Position numbers and translations under genes: made by a program. A stretch of DNA of 64,000 nt from Eledone cirrhosa (Eukaryota). The stretch spans positions 131,688,001 to 131,752,000 of the forward strand of contig OZ024740.1 in assembly GCA_964016885.1 (NCBI GenBank), written 5' to 3'. The notes beneath the pieces were generated by a model that saw nothing but the letters and a program-made list of their open reading frames with translations, made no database searches and was not told the DNA's origin. Numbering within the stretch: the first letter of the stretch is position 1; the number at the start of each line of letters is the position of its first letter. Shown here piece after piece: positions 27,468 to 38,729 of this stretch.

Positions 27468-27858
27468 TAAAAGGAATAGAAAATGCTGACAAATTGTTCA
27501 CAGTTGAAAAATGGTTTAATTAGGAATAAAAGAGTATTAGTGATTGTATGGGTTAGTATTCAGTTGTGGTTTTAAGTTTTTAAGTTTTTACCGGTTGCGC
27601 ATTTATAAATGCTTTTCAAAAATAATTTTGAGATAGACTGTCCGTGCTGTTTGCTCTGATCAGAGCAAACAGCACGGACACTCTATCTCAAAATTATTTT
27701 TGAAAAGCATTTATAAATGCGCAACCGGTAAAAACTTAAAAACTTAAAACCACAACTGAATACTAACCCATACAATCACTAATACTCTTTTATTCCTAAT
27801 TAAACCATTTTTCAACTGTGAACAATTTGTCAGCATTTTCTATTCCGTTTACCAATAT
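27461..27858. repeat. Near-perfect spacerless palindrome (~199-bp arms)
   Basis: Centre ctctga|tcagag at 27659/27660; two mismatches seen; (TA)n on both sides. Confidence 0.93.
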
Positions 27859-27890
27859 ATAATAACTTGTGTGTTACACCTCTATTCTTT

Positions 27891-27949
<59 letters not shown>

Positions 27950-28065
27950 TTTAGATGGGATTATAACACAAGCATATAGGTCACAGTATAATTCAAACTC
28001 TTATGTGATTTTATAGACCACTGCAAGACAAGACAAATTGTAGGTTAATGTCGTTTAATTCTGTT

Positions 28066-28110
<45 letters not shown>

Positions 28111-29215
28111 GGGGGGTTATTGTGTGTATTTCTATAATTTTGGAAGGTCATGCTGCCAATAGAAACACATGCACCTGGTTTAATACATATTTCCGGCTGG
28201 TTGTTTCAATAATCGGATGGTTATTTACTTATTGTCAAAGCTATTTGGCACACATTCTGTCAACCCCCCAGTGACTGATCTGTTATTTTCTGACTCTACT
28301 TTGTGCTGACCTACACGATCTTGTGTGTTGTGTGCTGTGAACAAATCAGTCCGTTTATTGAGCCATCGCTACTACTACTATTACTACTACTGAATGTAAT
28401 GATGATGATGATGATGATGAAGATAACGCTAATAAATAATGATGATGATGATGTTGGTGACATTAGAGATGATGATTATGACAATGACGAAGCTGATGAT
28501 AATATGAAACGTATGATTTGAATAATTTGATAACGTGGAGAAGTGAATAATATAAACGAAAAATAAATAGAAAATAAACTCATGAAATTATAACAGAACA
28601 TGCAACGCAATTAATAATCTTAAAACTAGGAGGCAAATAAAATAGATCCCTATGTTCTATAAAGGAGAAAACCTAAATAAGGAGTTATATTAATTCAACA
28701 AAATTGAACAATTTCAACGAATATAAAATAGTACAAGCTGATTTGGATATGAATAATATATATTCAATCCAAAAATGTGGACTTTCTAGATTGAAAAATA
28801 GAAGAAACAATATTGCCTAAAACAAATTAAGTAAAATACAAAAATATCATCAGTGTGCGAACCATATTTAATATCAAAAGACTGTTTTGGGGCATTACAT
28901 TAAATACGTTTTTCCTTTTGTATATATCTAAATATTGATCCAGGCATTATTTTCTTCTGAAATAATAATCTTGAATTATTTCCGTTATCGATATTACATT
29001 GTAACAATAATATTATTGATGAGAAAGAAAAAAAAAATACAATTTTCATAAAAATAAAACCAAATACAGCAATATTTTTCCTTCTACTTCAAAGTAGAAA
29101 TATTAACTTTATGTTGATATTTTAAATAGGATTGTATTAAATAAGCTATTGAATATCGAAAAGTTACAGAACTAAATAAATAATGAATGTAATGAAAATT
29201 GGCAGCGATGATTAT

Positions 29216-29261
<46 letters not shown>

Positions 29262-29764
29262 CAGTGTGCGTGTGTGTGTGTATGTGTGTGCGTGTGTCTA
29301 TATGAGTGTGTATATGTATTTGAGTAGGTGTGTGTATGCATGTGTGTTTGTGTGGATGATTGTGCTTGCTTTTCTTCGTGCGTGTGTGGCTGTATGTGTG
29401 TGTGTGCCTGTGTGTGTGAGTGTGTGTGCATGTGTTGTTCGTTGGCTTTAAGATGAATATAATCCTTCGAAACAGTCACTAGTCTCATACAAAGATATAA
29501 ATATAGAGTTTCTGCAGTTTTAATGAAATGAAGTAAAAATATAGGGACAACTGAAACATAAACCCCCCAATCACTCACCGTTAATCTCATATATAACTGC
29601 CATACGATGCAGTTATTGTTTTAACATATGACGACGTATTGCGTACATCTAGTGTTATGTATATATTTTTAATTAAATGTTGACACCCACTACAGTACAA
29701 ACGAGAACATAAATAACGTTCGTTGCATCTGCATAACAAGGCGTTTTATCAGAAAAATATTGAG

Positions 29765-31866
29765 TCAATTTAAATTGGTTTACAAACGAGATCGACGCAT
29801 ACTGCAGGACGTCTCCGTCATAACGCCATTCAACACTGGCAGTGATCCTCGTCTGGTGAGCGCGAAGGAAGCCATCATGCAGGAAAACTGGCGCCAAAGA
29901 CACGGCATAGACGCTGACTACGACTCACTGATAAGGAAACTGAAGGAGTGCTTGAGAAAGGCTAAGGGTGTGTGCCCGAGGGAGGGGAAGGGAACATTCT
30001 CGGAGGAAACTATGAAGTTGCTTGAGAAGAGGAAGAATATGAAGATGACACCTGAAGATCACCTCGAATATTCCCTTCTCAGCAGAATTATACGTCAACA
30101 ACTGAAGAGAGACTTCCAGGCATACCGGATAGAGAAGCTCCTGAAAGGCCGCAAAGGAAAAGAGGAGCCTCAAGAAATGCGAGAGGGACATGGCAATGTA
30201 CAGATAGGAGGTGACGACCCTGAAGAACACAGCTGGAGTACCGATCAGCGACAAGAGTGAGGTGGTAAAGATTTGCGAAGACTTCTACACCAAGCTCTTC
30301 AAGTCTGCCGGGAATGTGAAGCCGTTGTCGTCACTCAAACAAAAAGAAAATGTGCCACACATCCTTGTCGGTGAGGTTGAAAGAGCCGTCGGCTTGATGA
30401 AAAGCGGAAGAGCGCCAGGGGAAGACGGCATAACATCGGAGGTGTTGAAGTCAGGCCGAGAGCAGCTCTGGAAAATCCTCGCCGACCGATTCACACACTA
30501 TCTGGACGAGGGAAGAATACCCTCGCAGTGGAAAGCGTCGAATACCATCCTGCTATAAAAGAAGGGCGATAGAGAAAATCTGAAGAACTACCGACCTATA
30601 TGCCTGCCCTCTCACGTGTACAAGCTGTTCACGAAGATAATCCTGAGCAGGTTATCACGTCATCTGGACGAACAGCAACCGAGAGAGCAAGGCGGCTTCC
30701 GGAAGAACTACAGCACGATGGACCACATATTTACTCTGACACAACTGCTTGAGCGAGGGAAAGAGTACAATATGCCTCTTTGCGTTGCGTTCGTAGACTA
30801 CGAGAAGCTCTTCGACAGCGTCGAAATAAACGCAGTGCTGAACTCATTGCAGAGGCAAGGAGTCGAAGCGCAATAAGTTCAACTGCTCAGGGAGGTGAGT
30901 TCCGCATGCACCACCGACATAGCTCTGCTGTCATTACCTTACCTGTACGAGTGCCGGTCGAGAAGGGAGTGAAGCAAGGAGAACGATCTCTCCAAAACTT
31001 TTCACCGCGTGTTTCGAGCAGATCATCAGAGGCATTGACTGGCAAGGCGGTGTCAACATCAACGCCGAGATACTTACCCACCTCCGTTTCACTGATGACA
31101 TCGTTTTCATCGCTGAAACCACGGATCAGCTTCAGACTATGCTGACGGAGCTCGACATCAAAAGTTCTGCAGTAGGTCTCAAGATGAACCACATGAAAAC
31201 GAAGTTCATGCAGTCAGACAACGTACCAACAGGTCGAATGGTGGTTGGAAGTGATGAAATAGAGGAGGGAGGAATACGTTTACCTAGGACAAGAAGTGAA
31301 CAAACGCCGAGACATTGAGAGGGAGATCTTGCGGAGAGTAAGGGCCGGATGGAAGGCGTTGAACGGCATGTGTTCAAGGGGAGGTTGGACAAGACCACCC
31401 TCGCTAACCTCTTCAATAGCACAATTTTACCTGCAATGTTATATGACAGTGACGCTTGGGCTACAATGAAGAGAGAAGAGCAGAGGCTTGTAACGGCTCA
31501 AAGAGCCATGGAGAGATCAATGCTAGGAATCTCGTTGAGAGAGCACATCAAGAGCGAAGTCATCAGACAGAAGTCCGGCATGAGGGATGTCATCACGGAA
31601 TATATGGGGAGCAAGTTCACATGGGCTCGACACGTCGCCCGGTTCAGCGATAATCGGTGGATTCGCACAGTTGCCGAGTGGTAACCGCACGAGCGGAAAC
31701 GACCGCTCGGAAGGCCTGCACGAAGGTGGAGTTGCGATTTTAGGAATACGATTGGGACTACATGGATGAGGAAAGCACGATCCACAGACGAATGGACGGC
31801 GTGCTGTGACCAGCGGCGCTGAATGGACGCCCGACAGACTGGTCGATCAAGGTAATCAACGTGATA
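29765..31866 (+). mobile_element. Decayed RTE-clade LINE (APE C-terminus + RT), 5'-truncated
   Basis: ORF pieces: GSDPRLV, RAPGEDGI, QPREQGGFRKNYSTMDHIF, FVDYEKLFDSV, GVKQG, RFTDDI, WARHVAR; ends in short atcaa(g/c)gt repeats. Confidence 0.88.
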
Positions 31867-32830
31867 TGAATTATTTTGTAAAAATGATTTAAAGTGCGTT
31901 GTGTTCATATTTTCCCAGGATCTTGGGAATATATGATGCCATATCTCAAGATTGTGCAGAGCCTCCCTCTCATATTTGATGAATGTTTTTTTTTTTACTA
32001 AGGTAAATGAAATTACATGTTTATCTAGATAACACTCGGGCTAATTGTTTGTGTTACTCCCGAAAGATCTAATATCTAATAGATAGAGTTGTCGAATTGT
32101 GACAGCATAAACTAAAACGATCTTTCCCAAAAAATATTAATATCATAAAATACATGAGGTTTGTACCAAACTTAAGAGTACTGATGTTTTAATTAAATGT
32201 GCATTAGACGCACATAAAAGTGGTTCCATCGTGTTTTCTATTTATCGTATCAGTTTAGGAAGTCATTTTCTGTGAGTGTCCTTAGTTCCTCGGTTACAAT
32301 TTCAACAGTCCCAAACTGATGACCTTTAAACTTTGATTACGAAAAGATTAGCAAGCACACAGCTCTAGATCTGGGTGGGAGCGAGAATATGGAAAAGGTT
32401 AATATTTTAGTTCGCCAGAAATTCTCTAATTGAAAGTGTTGTTTCAGCAGAAGCTTCCTCCAGTAGGCGTAGCTAATCTCTGACAATGTCATTTCAGACT
32501 TGCCGGACCAGTTTTTGAAGTCGTTCCAAGAGAACATTTTAGAGTGTACGATTTACTGTATGCCCTGTAAGTAAAATTAGTTTCTGAAGAATACCTGGAC
32601 TGTTGAAAAAAAAGTGCAATCATCGTTTCTTCATTTGTTGATGAGATTGGGCTTCCGAAACGAGGTTCGTATTCAACATTTTCTCGGGTCTATTTAAAAG
32701 CTTTGTGCCACTTTAAAAACATTTTCTAGTTTGGGTGGTATTACTTTAAGCTTATGTTAAAGGATTACATATCTCGGTTGCAGAATTGTTAATATTAATA
32801 ACTCGTTCATCCAATATCATAAATAACATG

Positions 32831-32890
<60 letters not shown>

Positions 32891-32891
<1 letters not shown>

Positions 32892-33794
32892 GGTCTTTAT
32901 TCTCTCGTTCACGATTCCACCGAATTTAAATTCATAGAAATCTCGGACTTGTTTCTTTCTTCTTCATCACTTTCTGTTGCTTAAACCATTTTGTTTGTTT
33001 ACCCTAGCGTCCCCTTTATTTACGTGTCCCAACGACTTTTTTTAGCCGTTGCTCGCACCAACCTGATGTATATGGCCTTTAATGCGACAAAATGCCTACG
33101 ACGGTTGGAAGGCCACTGATGAGGACAAACTTTTTCATATGTAACCCATTTGCAGCGCCGCAGCTCCATTATTATCATATTTACACATATATTTTTTCCT
33201 CCGCTGCCACCAGTCTGTTTCGTTCTTTGTGTCTTTACCCTTTCTAGCAGTCTCTCTCTCTCTGTTAGCCTCTTCCTCACCTTTCACTCACTCACTCTCT
33301 GTCACTACCTCTCCTCCTCCCCTTTCTTCCCGTAATCCTTTTCTCGCGGGCACTTTGCCAAGCCGGTATGAATTTTCTTTTCTCTCTCTCTCGTCTGCGA
33401 CTTCACAGAACTTATGTTTAACGAATTCGCAGACCAGACCCCTTCTTCCTCCCGTTAGACCTGTGCGAAATTCCTTCCTTGCTCACATTTCAACCAGGTT
33501 TGATGGTCTTTATTCTCTCGTTCACGATTCCACCGAATTTATATTCATAGAAATCTCGGACTTGTTTCTTTCTTCTTCATCACTTTCTGTTGCTTAAACC
33601 ATTTTGTTTGTTTACCTTAGCGTCCCCTTTATTTACGTGTCCCAACGACTTTTTTTAGCCGTTGCTCGCACCAACCTGAGGTATATGGCCTTTAATGCGA
33701 CGAAATGCCTACGACGGTTGGAAGGCCACTGATGAGGACAAACTTTTTCATATGTAACCCATTTGCAGCGCCGCAGCTCCATTATTATCATATT

Positions 33795-33797
<3 letters not shown>
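32891..33797 (+). repeat. Direct repeat of ~295 bp around a ~315-bp spacer (possible Penelope pLTR-type tandem)
   Basis: 32891-33186 is nearly identical to 33504-33797; (TA)n on both sides. Confidence 0.8.
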
Positions 33798-33857
<60 letters not shown>

Positions 33858-33965
33858 TATTTTCCGTTGTGTTGTAATATAAATATTACACACAGTAGAT
33901 TATCAGCTCACGTAGAGTTTGCTCGACGGTTCCAGTTGTAGTTCCAAAAGTAATCCGGAGAAAAA

Positions 33966-34681
33966 TAGAAAGATTTGAATGGATACAGTTTAGTTGAAAG
34001 GAATTTATTGACACGTGTTTCTATAACAGTTACATAACCTAAAACAGCTATCTACAAACTTTTAGTTATGCAGACATTCAATATTTCAATGTTATTATTT
34101 ACTGTCATTTCATCAGAATAATATTACTGAGGACCTATTTAGTTTTTATAGAGAATATTAGGAGGGAGGGGTGAAGTTGTTAGAAGAATAGTTGAAGGAG
34201 TGGTTTTTCGATAGCAGTGAGAATTCTTGGTGGCAGTGAGTAATTAGATTCCCATCTGTTGTTTTGACATTTTTTATGGAATATATTATTGGTTATTTTT
34301 CTAAATCTATAGAAGGATTAGAGATAGTAAAGATATGCGTGGTTGGTTTTGTGTTTGCACTTAACATTCAGACTTAAATTTTTCTTTCAAGTGTACGTAT
34401 TCTTTCACCCACGCATTCACACACAAATATATTTGCACACCTCTACAAAATACATATACTCACAATTCACATATTCATACTTACATATATATACACATGC
34501 ATACACATATATATACACACATGTATTCATGTACATACATACGCGCTCATGTGTATACATTTTCATACTCAACTTATCTTTATATATACACACGTATAGA
34601 CACACACATATATACATACATACTCTAGTCCATGTGTACACACATACACATACATACACATCCATATACACATACATACAT

Positions 34682-34774
<93 letters not shown>

Positions 34775-35306
34775 CACACATACACACATATACACATACA
34801 CACATATATATATATATATATATATAAGCACTTTAATACATGAATACACTTACATCTAACTATACACATCAAACATATATATATATTTACTTATTTATAT
34901 ACATTTTCACATATATATACATACTTATGGACGTTTTTAGACACATTCATTATCGCATATTTGTACCTATTCTCATCAGCATATCTTTTCATTATTAGTA
35001 TGGTAATTTAAGGTTATTAATATATGTTGAGAAGAGATTGTTTTTATATTTTTCTAACTAGATTAAGGTTTATATAGTTGGGGGATGTCCCTCTTTTATG
35101 TAATATTCGGCTTGTAGTGGGAAAAAAGGGTTTTAGTTCTGTGACGGCAGAATAATGTTCGTTCAATTCAATGTATATATATAAGTAAATATATATATAT
35201 GTTTGATGTGTATAGTTAGATGTAAGTGTATTCATGTATTAAAGTGCTTATATATATATATATATATATGTGTGTATGTGTATATGTGTGTATGTGTGTA
35301 TATGTT

Positions 35307-35387
<81 letters not shown>

Positions 35388-36098
35388 ATGTATGTATGTG
35401 TATATGGATGTGTATGTATGTGTATGTGTGTACACATGGACTAGAGTATGTATGTATATATGTGTGTGTCTATACGTGTGTATATATAAAGATAAGTTGA
35501 GTATGAAAATGTATACACATGAGCGCGTATGTATGTACATGAATACATGTGTGTATATATATGTGTATGCATGTGTATATATATGTAAGTATGAATATGT
35601 GAATTGTGAGTATATGTATTTTGTAGAGGTGTGCAAATATATTTGTGTGTGAATGCGTGGGTGAAAGAATACGTACACTTGAAAGAAAAATTTAAGTCTG
35701 AATGTTAAGTGCAAACACAAAACCAACCACGCATATCTTTACTATCTCTAATCCTTCTATAGATTTAGAAAAATAACCAATAATATATTCCATAAAAAAT
35801 GTCAAAACAACAGATGGGAATCTAATTACTCACTGCCACCAAGAATTCTCACTGCTATCGAAAAACCACTCCTTCAACTATTCTTCTAACAACTTCACCC
35901 CTCCCTCCTAATATTCTCTATAAAAACTAAATAGGTCCTCAGTAATATTATTCTGATGAAATGACAGTAAATAATAACATTGAAATATTGAATGTCTGCA
36001 TAACTAAAAGTTTGTAGATAGCTGTTTTAGGTTATGTAACTGTTATAGAAACACGTGTCAATAAATTCCTTTCAACTAAACTGTATCCATTCAAATCT

Positions 36099-36103
<5 letters not shown>
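33966..36103. repeat. Long inverted repeat, ~935-bp arms, ~265-bp spacer
   Basis: 33966-34904 is the reverse complement of 35170-36103, nearly identical apart from microsatellite length. Confidence 0.93.
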
Positions 36104-36134
<31 letters not shown>

Positions 36135-36267
36135 ATACTTTGGGAGGGCCATGTTGCTAATAACAAACTCACGCACCAGTTGGTTTCACTTCAATTTATT
36201 ATAAATTAAAAAAAAAAAAATTCCGGTTGGTTCGTTGGTTTTACAACCGGACGGTTGTTCATGTATT

Positions 36268-36310
36268 GTCAAAAATATTTGGTCACACATTCTGTGACCT
36301 CTTCAGTGAC
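36268..36310 (-). ncRNA. Degenerate hammerhead motif in a dispersed repeat
   Basis: Minus strand: GTCA-CTGAAGA-GGTCAC..GTGACC-AAATATTTT-TGAC (G12 missing); a diverged homolog lies near 28130-28280. Confidence 0.45.
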
Positions 36311-36662
36311 TGGCAATTATTATATTTTTTTGCCTCTCCTTTGTTCTGTCCTACGCCATCTTGTTTGTGTGTGTGTTGTATGCTTAGTGTGCGCATGTGT
36401 TACATCCGGGTGTCTGTGTGTGTTTTATTTGTTCATTTATTTGTTTGTTTACATGTTACTGGTTGGTTGTTTGTTCTATGTGTGTATGTTTTCATTTTGT
36501 CCTTAATTGTAAGTTGTGAAGTTATCGTTTTCCACACACGTTTCAGATAAAGAATCTTGCTAAACAAATTCAGAAACGAAATATATATATATATATATAT
36601 ATATAATTGTGTGTTTGTGTGTTTGCGTGTGTGTGTTTGTGTCTCTGTGTGTGTGCGTGTGT

Positions 36663-36711
<49 letters not shown>

Positions 36712-36919
36712 ATATCTGTTGGGTGCCATAATTAATGAGTAGATAGAGTATCTCGTGTTTGGTGGAGGAACGGAGTTACTTACTTCAAAGAATCCAGAAG
36801 GCTGTATTCTAAATATTCTTCGGTGTTTTCTTACATCATCATCAGATGATGTTACCGAAGACTTGCGTCTTAATCTGATGATATCAGCATGCCATAGAAA
36901 CACGTTTTTTTTTTGTTAG

Positions 36920-37239
36920 AGCATTGAGCTTACAAATGAGAGATAGTGAATTCCACTATCGAACCAGCAAATACGTCGTGTCCTTGAGCATAACACATTA
37001 CTTCACGTTACTCCAGTGAACTCAGCTGTTAATATGAGTTGCGAGGTCACAGATGCCAAGATCTTTCGGTCATTAGTTTTCACATGGAGGTCATCGGTGG
37101 TCTGCAGAAGCGAAATGTGTATGCACAGGTGACTGCTGGTCTTCCATAGAACATATTGCTTGGACTTGTGTCTCAGAGGGGAATTTATAGGGTCAAATCC
37201 CAAATCCATTGTCATTCTCGACCGAATGGTGTCTTTACT

Positions 37240-37240
<1 letters not shown>
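36920..37240 (+). mobile_element. SINE-like element (family 2), degenerate
   Basis: gtgtccttgagcataacacattacttcacgttactccagtgaactcagctg resembles conserved SINE central domains; only one copy in the window. Confidence 0.45.
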
Positions 37241-37313
<73 letters not shown>

Positions 37314-37548
37314 TTGTGACAACAGGCAATCAAGGCTGAAATAAAAACAATTAGAATATGTTTATTAGATTTCATCATACGCATTATATGGTTTTTAAAT
37401 CCCACCCTGGATTTACTTTAATCGGAAGCGTATCAACAATATTTTTTAATAATTCAAATTTCACATCTAACCAAAAAGAAGGGTACACACGCACAAATAC
37501 ACCCACATACACACACGCACGTACACGCACGTACACGCAAACACACAG

Positions 37549-37616
<68 letters not shown>

Positions 37617-37796
37617 ACACACACACACACACACCCACACACACACATACACATACACATACACACACACATATATATATATATATATAATGTAACGTAC
37701 TCAATTGCGTTTTTAAAACTGACAGCACAATACCATGGTTCTCTGACACCACCACCATCAATACTACTATTACTGATAATAATGATAATAACAATG

Positions 37797-37832
<36 letters not shown>

Positions 37833-38729
37833 TAAGGGAAGAAGACGCACGAGGTGACGGAGGTCATGAAATCGCTCCCGTAAGTTTTGAATTTTTAACA
37901 TATTTAAATCATTTGTGAAATAACAACTCTTAGTACAAATGCTACGTAAAGCACCCGGCTTGAGCCCCAAAAAATTCGGACCCAAAATATATTGTTATAA
38001 GGCTCAAATATTCAAATATTCAACTTTGTATTGTACACTGTATATCCAAAAAAGAAAATGGCTATAAATGGAAGAAGACCCCCCCCCCTCCTCTGGCTAC
38101 ACTATATAGGACAGCTAAACTCACCAACACCAGAAACTAGATACACCACCCACCCCATCATCTGTGTACACTAAACACAACAGCCAGATAACGACATTTT
38201 CACCTTCACCGCCACCGCTCACTACGGCCATCATTACCACCACTATCCCATCACCGCCGCCACCACCCCTTGACTCCTTCACTACTGCCACCGCTACAGC
38301 ACCATCACTACAGTAATACGGTCACATCACCGCCACCACTGCCTCGGTATCGACATCACCACCACCACTGTCTCAGTATCGCTACCGCCGCCAGTCTCCC
38401 ACTTCCCCCTGATGGCTGCTACTTCCACATTATAGAATTCCTACTACTAACAAAGAGGAAGGCATCAAAATATATAGATAGACTCAAAAGAAAAAAGAAA
38501 AAACAAACAACAAAACCAAAGCAGCACAGCAACAACAGCAAAAAACGAGAAAAACAAACAGAGAAAAACAAAAACAAAAAAAGAAACCCCAAAAACGTAA
38601 AGAAAATAAGAATGAAGAGAGAAGCAGGCGGACGGACAGAGAAGAGGGGGGAAAAAGTAAAACTTAAAAAACTAAAACTAAGTCAGACATTCGAACACTA
38701 CATTACAATGAAACTTATGCTTATTCATT

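Noticed and set aside
32330-32720. Possible decayed GIY-YIG/Penelope fragment on the minus strand
   Set aside because: Only a faint motif resemblance with many stops
36820-36910. Cluster of CTGATGA..GAAA motifs
   Set aside because: Stem I and III pairing is poor; possibly a decayed hammerhead but not supportable
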